A program made the translations under genes and the position numbers. Below are positions 11,846 to 21,750 of a stretch of DNA of 32,285 nt, piece after piece. Within the stretch, counting starts at the first letter, position 1. Each line of letters starts with the position of its first letter. Below the pieces are notes generated by a model. The model was not told the origin of the DNA. It searched no databases and was given only the letters and a program-made list of their open reading frames with translations. This stretch comes from Folioceros fuciformis (taxonomy: Eukaryota): positions 332,407-364,691 of the forward strand of contig JBNGIO010006328.1 in NCBI GenBank assembly GCA_049999805.1, written 5' to 3'.

Positions 11846-14234
11846 CTACGACTCGGGATCTATTTTTCCACAGAAGAGCTTCTCGCAGGATTTCGGTGTC
11901 AACTGCTCCACACACGCAGGGCAATCGTCCCTCACACTTCTAAAAGAGTAGTAGGCAAAAAGTTCCTCAGGAAGGCCCTCCCCCTCAGCGGATAGGGAGT
12001 CCTGGGTTTCAGAAACTTCGATGTGTAGCCTCTGACGGCCAAGTTGCCTGAGCATGTGCCCAGCTGCATATGCAGGGGCACCTTCCACCCAGAAGTACTT
12101 CAGATGCGGCCCTGCTTGCGTGAAGGCCTTGGCCACCCCCTCAGCTGTGAAAGGACAGTGCCGAAACTCGAGTCGTTTGAGACTGCGGCAGCCCCGAAGC
12201 AGATCCTTCAACCCATCGTCGTCGTCCCCAGTGCAAACGAGGCAAATCCATTTCAATGTGGACCCACCGTTCTCCCCGATGTGGCGCAAACCGACATTCG
12301 TCAAACTGCCAGCCCTCATCGCCAGCGCCAGCTTAGTGAGCGACCTACACCTTTGCATAATATACAGAATGCCCTCGTCTATGGGAAGAAGCTGCGAGTG
12401 GTCCACCTTTTGGACTATGATCAAGCGCAAGTCGTTCAACTTCCTGCAGTTCTCCCCCAAAGCCTTCAACGCATCGTTGGACAATTTGGCAGCATAGACA
12501 GTGAGAAACTTCAGCTCGGGACACCCTCTTGCCAGCGCTGTTATGCCCTCCTGCGTGACCTCGTTCTCAGCATCCTCGTCTACGTCCAACCTCTCCACTC
12601 TAAGCTTCTTCAAGGACTTGCAATGCACAGCAATCACTCGAAGTCCGGCATCCCCAATCATGGGCCTCACCTGGTAAGAAGCAAATACGTCCCGTCAGTC
12701 AAACTCCAAATGAACCACACCACACCACACCACCATTCTGGACATCCTTCCTCACCTCGAGCGCCTCCAGGTGCTTGCAATGGGCAATAAGCTCCATAAC
12801 AGTCTCCCGACTGAGATCAGCCAACTTCAAGTCCAGGTTCCGGAGCGTCCCACTCAACGGCAGCAGCATGGGCAGATGGAAATCCGCAGCATCGTACAAG
12901 CCGGAGAGCGACACGAGCCTGTCAGGCAACAGCCGCCCAAACCTCCCGACCTCGTCTTCCGGAAACAAGCCCGTCCCAAGCTCCGTCAGCGCAGGAGCTT
13001 TAGCCAAAACCTCCCAACACGCGTCCTGCTGCTCCCACACCCCCAACCTCAGGCTCCTCAAACCAAGACAAGACCGAACAAGCAACCCCAAGTCCTCCAA
13101 CTCCGGCCCCTTGGCGTCGGGTTCATCATCGTCCCCCACCCCTACCGGGTCAGGATCCGGCAGCAGCAGCTCCTCCAGNNNNNNNNNNNNNNNNNNNNNN
13201 NNNNNNNNNNNNNNNNNNNNNNNNNNNNNNNNNNNNNNNNNNNNNNNNNNNNNNNNNNNNNNNNNNNNNNNNNNNNNNCCCCCCGCATGTCGTCCATCCG
13301 GCTGCTGGCCATGTCCAACGTCCTGAGCGACCTGCCACGCGTGCGCCACTCCAGCCCCCGTCACCCAGAGCAGCGAAGCAACTCAATTCCTTACCAACTA
13401 ACTCCGAGCAACCCAATTCCAGCCCGACTCCGGGCAACCCAGAATCCGACCGCCAATTCCCAACCCAACCCCGGGCACCGAAATTCCAAGCAACCCTCTT
13501 CCAAGCCAAGTCCAAGCAGCTCAATCCCAAACCCAACCCCGGGCTCCGGAATTCCAAGCAACCCACTTCTAAGCCAAGTGCAAGCGGCTCAATCCCAAGC
13601 CACTCCACTCCAATCCCATCCTGGACCCGACGGAAGCGTACCTGCAGGAGCGGGCGAGCATGAGGAGGCCGTGCGCGGAGAAGCCATCGCACTTATCCAG
13701 CACGAGGCGCTGGAGGGCGCGGCCGCATCCGGCCGCCAGGGTCTCCAAATCCGCGTCGCTCACGACAGCCCGCTTGAGGTAGAGCGACTCGAGGGCGGGG
13801 TACTTGGCAGCGATAGCGCGGATCCAATCCCCGGCCCGGCCGCCCCAGTCCGCTGCCAGCTGCTGGAACTCCATGGCGCGCGGGCGACACTTGAGCTTGA
13901 TGCGCTTGAGGCTGTGGAACCTCTGAGTGAGCCGGTGCGGGTACGCCGCATAGCAGTTGGCCACGGTGACCTCGGCCCGCACCCGGCCGTCCACGAAGCA
14001 CCAGTGCGAGCAAACCTCCGAGGCCGCGTGCAGCGCCGAGACGTCCGATTCCAGGTAGCGGAAGATGGTCTCCAGCAGCGGGCCGCGCAGGACCTGTTCC
14101 ACGGCCCCCTCCTCCTCGATCTCCTGCGGCACCGAGCGCAGCAGCCGCTTGGAACTGGCCATGGCAGCTGCAGGCCTCTGCTGCGGGCAAGGCTGGGGAC
14201 TCGGCTTGAAGCCCCGACACGCTCGCCTCATCAT
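11846..14234 (-). CDS. COI1: COI1-like F-box/LRR protein (jasmonate/oxylipin co-receptor family), 3 exons, exon 2 interrupted by an assembly gap
   Basis: Exons ~14234 (start uncertain: ATGs at 14456, 14234/14231, 14162)-13642, 13331-12756 and 12670-11846. Motifs VTVANCYAAYPHRLTQRF, LKCRPRAMEF..DWGG, LVLDKCDGFS, IGDAGLRVIAVHCKSLKKLRVER and the C-terminal LFAYYSFRSVRDDCP match COI1 (AYYSLAGQRTDCP) better than TIR1 (IYRTVAGPR). The two intron positions are those typical of COI1/TIR1 genes. Confidence 0.85.
13179..13278. other. Assembly gap (100 N)
   Basis: Run of 100 N inside exon 2 of the COI1-like gene. Confidence 1.
13462..13597. repeat. 68-bp tandem duplication in intron 1 of the COI1-like gene
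   Basis: aacccaaccccgggcaccgaaattccaagcaaccc...ctcaatccca at 13462 and a near-identical copy at 13530. Confidence 0.8.
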
Positions 14235-15570
14235 CTCCGCCCGCACCAGCTCCTCTTCCTGCTTCTGCTTCTGCTTCGGCTTCTGCTTCCTCTCCTCCTC
14301 GTCAGCATCGCACCTGCTCGGCTCCCGCCACCCGCATCCAGAGCCGCGCCCAGGCCCGCGAAGGACCAGGAGAGGAAGGAGACGAGGAGGCGAGGAGGCA
14401 AGGAGGCAAAGAGGGAAGTGAGGACCTTCCGTCGTCGTTGCAGAACCTGCCGGCATTCGTCGCCTTCTGGCTCTGTTTCTTCTCCTCGTCTTCCATCCAC
14501 CACGCGTCAGGCCGGGCCAGGCACTGTCGGATAGCCTTTACTCACGCAGATCCACCCCCCCCCGTCCTTCTCATAATCTCTCCCACAACGACTCGTCCGA
14601 TTAGATACATACTACGTAAACGACATAGCATTCTTTGGCGCAAGCTGCAAACAATGGCCTCCACCAGTACCACTTGGCTTTCCTCCCGCCCGAGCACTCT
14701 CTCGCTCTTACGCTGCGCCTCGTCTCGATTCGCGCAAACATTAAGTACCAAACATATCAGTAGTAAATTTAGTCAGTAAATAAACAAATGAAGTAAACAA
14801 AACTCTGTCGGGGTTATTTTTTTACTGGCTCCATAAGGTGAGGAGATATGTATCTCGTTTTCGTGTTCCGTGAGACAGCAGTCCACAGGAGTCCACGTAT
14901 GTCTATTATTTTGTGACATGTCGGGGAGTTAGATGCAGTATAAAAGTCAGGTTACAAGAAAAGAGGAGAGCGAACACGGAAACCCCAGGGCAGTAGGCAA
15001 GACGACAACACCCAGATTTATAATCGCTAGACCCTGCAAGGTGCAGCTGCTGCAACAGCGACCCGGGGGGACCAGATTGGTTCCCGCCGGGATGGAATAT
15101 GGAACCAACTCACTCGAAGTTCCGCTAGCAAGAAAGCTGGAAACGAATTACGAGATATTTGGCTTTCTTGTCGGTCGGGTCAGGGATGCGTTGCTGGCGA
15201 GAATCAGAGTTAGCATCTACCACGAATCCACGACTCCCCCGCCGACACCGCACTACTCACATGCTAAACTGTACATAGTACTGACAACGGAAGGCCACTC
15301 ACTCACCAGAGGGTTACGGAAACGATGACGACTCCCCATACTCCTTCGGACACACCTAGGATGAAGGATATTACTGAGCTTCCTTGGACCTGCTACTTGC
15401 CCGGTACTGGACTACCAATGAACACAGTTCTTGGAGCTCCCTCGCTTCCGTGTCGTACCACCACCAGTCACGGGCGGAACACTAGGCCGACACTCCTGTC
15501 AGCGTCGTGTGCAGCTCTACACAATCCTGAAGGGTGGAAGGAGGGCGACCTGCCTGACAGCCTGCGTGAA

Positions 15571-17578
15571 TTATTCAATGTGTTGATAGCCTGGGAGCAG
15601 AGATGTCACGAATCCTACCACCACCATCTGCACTTCCTTGAGGACACCCCACCAATTGGGTCCCGGCGCCTGCTCTGGACGATCCTCTGGAGCCCCTTCT
15701 CCTTCTGCTCGCGCCACGGCCAACTGTTGGGTCGGGTCGGCCTCAGGATTGTCAGCTGCAAGTGGATTCCCGGCCGCTGTATTGCCTTGGACGGGCTCAC
15801 CTACGTTTGCTTCGACTGCTGTCATGCACGACAAGTTTATTTCATCAGGGACGGAGGGCACGATGGGCATTCACAAACACACCATGCTTACCAGGGGCTG
15901 CCTCCACCTCTGGAGCTGCGGCGGGGGGTGGCATCATGGCACGCTGTGCACTCTGGGAAATCCATCGCAGCAACGGAGCCAATGCTCCAGTCTGATAGCT
16001 GGCATACAGAGAAACAACAACAGTCACTGTTGGACTACAGACGACCGTGTTTTGTCATCAACTGAAAATCGTCACACGATTCCACAAAAGGATGTCTCCA
16101 TGCTAGGTTAAGGGAGACAAGAGCTTTGTGAAAATTCGCAAAATTGAATAGCACCACGAAATTGAAAACATATCGCTTTCTGTCCTCAGGCCAAGATAGA
16201 GTGCAGGCCACGGTGTGAACACGTCCCAGAAACAATGCAGCACCTCCGTAAAACAAGTTGGACGAGAGTTTGCAACTTACAGATAAACGCCAGCTGCCAG
16301 AAATAAGAGAAGGGCCAATCGGTCCTTCGATCCATCATGATTGAAGACCACCACCACCACAGCTAACTTCATGATCAGAAACAGGTCTAGCTGAAATCCC
16401 ACTTGGAATCTCCTCACCACCTGCCTGGGGATATCAGGCCTTCCTGCTCTTCCTACTGCGCCAGGGCGGTAACGAAGTCCTCCCTGAGCTCCTAATTCCC
16501 GTTCGGCTGGTGCACCTCTTGCAGCTTCAGCCTGCCCTGCTGCAGGAGTAGCTGTTGTACCAGGTGAATCTGGGGAAGGGGGGCCCCTGCAAGTACAAGC
16601 CTGTGGTTAGAAGAAAATGAGCAAGAGCAGGATCATCATTGTTTACGAAACCACGTGCCTCCGCAAGGTGGAGCAAGGGTTCCACGCAGACTTAGCAAAC
16701 AGAGATTGCACCCCACGCAGCATGCAGAGAAGGACCAAACGACTCACACATAACCTGGAGGCTAATAGGGGAGAAAGGAAGAGGTTGAAGAAACTCACAG
16801 CGGGAAATTAAGTGTCAAAGGAACAAGACCACCAGGTGGATAACCCGACAGAGGCCCAAGATACGGGAACAGAGGAACTGCGTATACTCCCCCTTGCAGT
16901 TGGTTTTGTTCTTGCAACGGTGCTTGAAAAAAACTCGGATTCCCAGGGTGGTGAAAGAAAGGGCCCATGGGCGGTGGGAAGCCCGAAAGATCTGGTCTTG
17001 AGCCACTTCCAGAAGCTCCAATGGAATTCACCGGGGGTAGGAAGACCCAAGGAGCGAAATTAGCGTCGACGCCAATAACCTGCGAGTAAGAAGTAGCAGG
17101 GAGAACTCAGACTACAGCCTGCCCGATTGCAGTCGCGAAGCTTTCGTGACGCTCCCCCACCAAATCCTAACCAGCACCGATGACTCCGCACGACTTCAAC
17201 AACGTTCATACCACTGTCAGCGCAACCTGAACTTACCCGTGGACAGCAGCCGGGATCAGATGCCGAGGCCGGACCAGAGTGACCTGTACCGGCCACAGCA
17301 GGCTCCTGCTGAGCATCAGGATCACTGGAACCTTTACCCCCCACATCACTCTGCTGCTCAGCATTGAGGGCATCAGAATTCTTCGGACACCCAGGCTTTC
17401 CATCCTCCTGCACCTCCGAGTTCACCACCTCCGCAGGCGAATTCTCAGCCTTCTCCAGACTTCCAGCTTTCTCCACACTGTCAGCCTTGTCCAGACTCTC
17501 AGCCTTCCCTACCACCGCTTCCGCCGGCCTATCATGCAACGAATCCTCGACAGCCATGTCTGATGCTGATGCACACAA
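15571..17578 (-). CDS. EBS7: EBS7-like plant ERAD component (ER membrane protein), 5 exons
   Basis: Exons 17578 (or 17557)-17237, 17079-16799, 16586-16281, 15998-15892 and 15818 (or 15815, NAGNAG)-15571 splice in frame. Conserved core QVVRRFQVGFQLDLFLIMKLAVVVVVFNHDGSKDRLALLLFLAAGVYLYQTGALAPLLRWISQ and C-terminal WWGVLKEVQMVVVGFVTSLLPGY resemble Arabidopsis EBS7 as recalled. Confidence 0.75.
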
Positions 17579-18104
17579 CGCCTCAACAGATCCGATCCCG
17601 AATACCTAAACACAAGAACTGCTGTGTCAACTCTACATCCACGCTGAGATATCCACAACTCGCAAAACCTGGGTACAACCTAGACTGCAACGCTTCACAA
17701 CAAAGCCAGAGGCGCAGGACCTCTGTTCATCCATTCCTCCATTCTACCTCGGAATGGCGTCAATCTATAATTCCCCTTCCTCTCGATACACAGAAAAGCT
17801 GCAGGACGAAAATGGTTCGCGGCAGCACATACCTTCAGTGCTGGATAGCTACATCAGAGATCATCGTCAGCTCACCGCTTACTGGCGCGGAGCACATGGC
17901 TGCAAAAATTCTCCGTGTGGTGGAGACGCTTCGAGGATCCTCAGGCCAAATGATCGCAGAGGTGGGAGAACTCCGGATACCAGGAATTAGTCATTTATTC
18001 GTAGCTTGCGAACGAAGCTATTGAATCCGAGAGGAACTTCTACATGAACTTGCTAGGTATGAGATGTGCACACTCGAGCCCTAGATACTTCTTCGTTTTT
18101 CGCA

Positions 18105-19660
18105 CGGTCGACCCTTACAGCTGCGGGGGCCATTCGCAAATCGATGCAGACGGTACCCAGCCCTAACAACATCTCCTTTCGTGTCAAGACATGACAGATC
18201 TTTCATCTCAGTGAACCTGCGGCGGTCACAGCACATGCGAAGGTGTGCCCCTCGGAGTGTTCAAGAGACCAAATGCCAATGCCAGCTTCTCGGCATGCTG
18301 ACAGAAGGCAACTTCCTTTTTCTTCTCACCCAGTGGCTTGAGCGCCAGCTTTGTGTGAGCTGCGTGATCTCCTTCCTCCTTCAGACGTGCATTCGTACTC
18401 CCTACCTTCAGCGTAAACCACCTCTCGTTTCTCCCTCCTTCAGGCGTGCATTCGTACTCCCTACCTTCAGCGTAAACTCCCTCTCGTTTCTCCTACCACA
18501 AATCTGCGTACTGATCTTAGTATTCAACTCCGTAAAACCCCTCTCGGTTCTCCCACCACAAATCTGTGTACTGATCTTAGTATTCAACTCAATGGTTACC
18601 ACTGCAGGTTTCATGTTAGCTCCTGCTGACCTTCTCTGTGTTTCAATCCTTTCCATAACCTACTTCCGTCTGCATGAGCTTTGGCCATGGGTAGATAGGC
18701 TGGGGGTGCTTAACGATGCTTTCAAAACAGCACGTCGCCCTCTCTCTACTCCTTTGACTTTTTCAGGCATTCAGCAAAGACGTCAAGCCCCCTCGATGAC
18801 TTCGGCCGTTACATGACAAAAGCATGTCTGCCTCAACGAAAAGGCAAGCACGCACAGGAATATCGATGATGCAGGTATACTGCTCAAGAGGTTTGCCAAG
18901 GTGTTCAGCCATGGAATCAAAAGTGCTTGCGACCCTGGTGGACCAGTCCCTCATGACTACAAGCTATTACAAGGCAACTGAAAGTAGTGTCATCAAGCTG
19001 AACACCGGCCACGAATATGACCTCAAGATAATCTAACCCCTTGTGACCTTCATCACAAGCACCAGACCCAGATACCAGGGCCCTCCATGTGACCTCATCT
19101 GTACTCTCTAACGTATCAATAACTTATCTGCAGCCTCCAGTTTGCACAGTTTGCATACACGTTGACCAGGCAGTTCCCCAACACTACATTTCCCACCAGT
19201 GCGTGGTACAGCAGACATGTTTCTACAATCAGCAAATGCAGCCGCCTGCAGGGATTGAGAAAGAAAGCAAAAAGTACCATAGTCAGGGTTTTGTGGGCAT
19301 CTTCTACTTCAGCACATGGTGCATATATGTCCACCACACCGTTGCCCAACCCAAACAGTATCCAGCAGTACTTTCTCGACAGACTCCAAATGCAGCTCCC
19401 TGCCTTTACGTAAGGCACCACTGTTTGCACAGGCCTTCAAAAGGCAAGGAAAAGTACCATGGCTAGCTAAACTCAGGAGCCCCTCCTGCTCCATCTGTCC
19501 ATGCACGACAAGCGCATCATGTGTGAGCAAGGCCTTGCTGTGCATACGTGCCCAGCGATCAGGGCATTCCTTGTGACCACAACCTTTTCGGCCAAGCCGG
19601 CTGTCCTCGTTTACACAAATCTGTGAGTGCAGCTGCCTGCCCGACTACAGGGCACAGGTG
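18105..19660 (-). pseudogene. Decayed PLS-PPR gene with a DYW:KP domain of the GRP subtype (U-to-C RNA-editing factor family)
   Basis: Fragments in shifting frames: TFPCLLKACANSGALRKGRELH; LGNCLVNVYANC; FDSMAEHLGKPLEQYTCIID; MERIETQRRSAGANMKPAVVTIELN (KP box); VHRFVVGE; LKVGSTNARLKEEGDHAAHTKLALKPLGEKKKEVAFCQHAEKLALAFGLLNTPRGTP (HAEKLA at 18297-18280); after a frameshift RMCCDRR...YRLHRFANGPRSCKGRP (GRP at 18113-18105). Multiple frameshifts, loss of the LxVTKNL segment and a broken CxxCH. Confidence 0.88.
18376..18590. repeat. Two adjacent ~59-60-bp tandem duplications inside the DYW:KP pseudogene
   Basis: tcagacgtgcattcgtactccctaccttcagcgtaaac at 18381 and 18440; ctctcgtttctcctaccacaaatctgcgtactgatcttagtattcaactc at 18481 and 18541. 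Confidence 0.85.
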
Positions 19661-20213
19661 CAAAAGCAAAACTCAGATGGTTAGCCAAAGACCAGGCCCT
19701 CTACTTATAATTGTGATTTAGTGGTCTAATTACATGAATGAGTTTGTGGTCATGAACACCCACAATTAAAGCCCAAAATCTTTGTACCAAGGTGGTTCTT
19801 CAACCCTCAATGGACATAATGTTCAAACTCAAACTTGCAATAATGAAATCTAACTTCAACCAATCTATCTCCATGAACTCTTTTCCCCAGCACCAAATTC
19901 TTCACAGTGTGATGATCTAGGTACCTAGGCCTCACCAACATCCAACTCTTTTATAACATAGTAGTAACATTCCAAGCCAATCTCAATGAACTTCTTATTG
20001 GCTCATATCTTCGTGACCTTCTAGAATATAGTAAGATTCACTCGGCGTATGTGATGTCGGCATAAATACATAGGAGACCTAGCTTTTGAATCCTCAGAAA
20101 GAGGAAAAAGTGGCATGGTTTAGCTTGTGTTTTTTCAAACATCATATTGTATAATAGTCAAATCCTAACTTCAATTAACTTGGACATATGAACATCCTTT
20201 TACCAACACCAAA

Positions 20214-20304
20214 CTCGTTGTAGTATAGTGGTATGAGTACATAGACCGAACGTTCAATACCCGGACACTCGGCCTAGACCCGGGTTCGAATCCCGGCAAC
20301 GAGA
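20214..20304 (+). tRNA. Atypical tRNA-like gene, copy 1 (tRNA-Asp-type body, 35-nt anticodon arm; anticodon not assignable)
   Basis: Acceptor stem CTCGTTG/CAACGAG plus A; A box TAGTATAGTGG; D stem GTAT/GTAC; T arm CCGGG-TTCGAAT-CCCGG; long arm TAGACCGA-19 nt-TCGGCCTA; upstream CAA; T-runs at 20327-20337. Confidence 0.65.
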
Positions 20305-20503
20305 TTAATGGAAGTGGGTTAAAGCATTTTAGTTTTTCATGCATCATCCATTCAACTAATGGATTATACCTAAGTTAGATGTTCCTTTGATTAGATTGTC
20401 CAAGATGAAGAAGACCAAATCAATTTTCTGCATATGAATATCCATTTATGAACATCAAACTCTTTGTAGTAGATTACTATCACAAGTGATATGGAACAAC
20501 AAA

Positions 20504-20553
20504 CTCGTTGTAGTATAACGGTATGAGTACATAGGCCGAACGTTCAATACCCG
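20504..20553 (+). pseudogene. 3'-truncated tRNA-like copy 2
   Basis: ctcgttgtagtataacggtatgagtacataggccgaacgttcaatacccg, then jumps to the spacer; no B box or 3' acceptor strand. Confidence 0.75.
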
Positions 20554-20733
20554 AACGTTTAGTTTTTCAAACACCATCCATTAAACTAATAGAGTATACA
20601 TGAGTTAGATGTTCCTTTGATTAGATTGTCCAGGACAAAGAAGACCAAATCAATTTTCTACATATGAATATCCATTTATAAACATCAAACTCTTTGTAGT
20701 AGAGTCGTATCGCAAGTGGATTCGAACACCAAA

Positions 20734-20825
20734 CTCGTTGTAGTATAGTGGTATGAGTACATAGGCCGAACGGTTCAATACCCGTACGCTCGACCTAGAC
20801 CCGGGTTCGAATCCCGGCAACGAGA
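20734..20825 (+). tRNA. Atypical tRNA-like gene, copy 3 (36-nt anticodon arm)
   Basis: Same acceptor, D and T arms as copy 1; arm TAGGCCGA-20 nt-TCGACCTA; T8 run at 20843-20850. Confidence 0.65.
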
Positions 20826-21234
20826 TAGAAGTATAAAATTGCTTTTTTTTAAGCATCATCTACTTTAACTTCTTTTTTTAGTAACCCAACTGATTATAGA
20901 AGAAAAAGAATGCTATTAGAGTTTACAAAGGATGGTACTTAAGAACTTGTACCATGGCATAACCTGCCTACTATTGTATACCACCCATGGTACACTTAGG
21001 TACCATGGTATACCACCGAGGATGGATATGCATCATGGGACTTGGAATTTAATAACTTATACCATGGTATAGGTTCAAAGGGCATTCTTCCTTTCAGACA
21101 GTGCCCTTCCGAGGGCATCTTGCTCTAATTATGTTGTAAAGGGCATTCTTCCCATCTAAGTATGTTTCAAAGGGCATCCTTCCTTTCAGGCATCGCATCT
21201 AAGTAACGATTTGAGCACACGATGCATGTCCTTT

Positions 21235-21360
21235 GGAAAGTGGTCTTCCATCTCAACATCCTTATTGCATAACCTACAAATTTGAGACTCCACCATATGG
21301 CTTTTTGGCAAAGCCATATGTGTTCGGCTCAAGATTTTGAGATGATGAGACCCTAATCCA
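21235..21360 (-). mobile_element. Small remnant of a non-LTR (LINE) retrotransposon ORF2 C-terminal zinc-binding region
   Basis: Translation GLGSHHLKILSRTHMALPKSHMVESQICRLCNKDVEMEDHF resembles the RLxSHxLxIE...RICxxC...VEDExHF motif that follows LINE reverse transcriptases. Confidence 0.5.
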
Positions 21361-21448
21361 TAGTGGTATAAGTGCAGGGGCCAAATGTCACAACAAGAAG
21401 ATAAGTACAGGGGTCGAATGTCACAACAAGAAGACTCAACCCAGACCC
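21360..21448 (+). pseudogene. Two partial, tandem, degenerate fragments of the tRNA-like element (D arm + long arm)
   Basis: atagtggtataagtgcaggggccaaatgtcacaacaagaag then ataagtacaggggtcgaatgtcacaacaagaagactcaacccagaccc; both align to the interior of copy 4. Confidence 0.7.
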
Positions 21449-21463
21449 ATTTTGAACATTGAA

Positions 21464-21553
21464 CTCGTTGTAGTATAGTGGTATAAGTACATGGGTCGAA
21501 TGTCACAACAAGGACACTAGACCTAGACCCGGGTTCGAATCCCGGCAACGAGA
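21464..21553 (+). tRNA. Atypical tRNA-like gene, copy 4 (34-nt anticodon arm containing TGTCAC, Asp-like)
   Basis: CTCGTTG/CAACGAG plus A; A and B boxes intact; arm TGGGTCGA-ATGTCACAACAAGGACAC-TAGACCTA; T-runs at 21576-21585. Confidence 0.65.
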
Positions 21554-21750
21554 GTGACAAATCATTATGTCACGGTTTTGCTTTTATTTGTTCAACCTCA
21601 AACCTCATTAGTGGACCAATGTGTGAAAGGTAAAGGAAAATCCTAAATTTAATGAACATCCATAGTCAATAGCTAACAAAAAGCTAACTTTAATAAATAT
21701 TCATTAGCTAATATTTATTGATATTAGAAAAAGAAAATTTATATAAAAAC

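Larger units (their letters stand above)
20214..20850 (+). repeat. Tandem array of a ~290-bp unit (tRNA-like gene + spacer); middle unit lacks ~60 bp
   Basis: Spacer 20331-20503 is nearly identical to 20561-20733 (agtttttca...gatgttcctttgattagattgtcca...aacatcaaactctttgtagtaga). Gene starts at 20214, 20504 and 20734. Confidence 0.85.

Noticed and set aside
13179-13331. Apparent frameshift in COI1-like exon 2
   Set aside because: The frames differ only across a nominal 100-N gap of unknown true length, so this is not evidence of a pseudogene.
12771-14534. 587-aa plus-strand ORF
   Set aside because: Antisense shadow of the GC-rich COI1-like gene; it runs through 100 N and an intron and has no recognisable domain.
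15325-16065. 246-aa plus-strand ORF
   Set aside because: Antisense to EBS7-like exons and 3' region; no recognisable motifs.
18181-18816. 211-aa plus-strand hydrophobic ORF with internal repeats
   Set aside because: Antisense to the DYW:KP pseudogene; its repeats come from the 60-bp duplications.
19700-20130. Possible decayed transposon in AT-rich DNA (also 26260-26620 and 26780-27060)
   Set aside because: No terminal repeats or protein motif could be read with confidence.
20214-20825. Standard tRNA-Val(AAC), Arg(ACG) or Glu(TTC) assignment
   Set aside because: Each register lacks U33 or a normal 5-bp stem with 7-nt loop, and the body is Asp-like, so no anticodon was assigned.
21235-21553. 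tRNA-head + LINE-tail SINE
   Set aside because: The LINE fragment is upstream of and antisense to the tRNA-like copy, and the copies share no 3' tail or visible target-site duplication. Not fully excluded without a genome-wide search.
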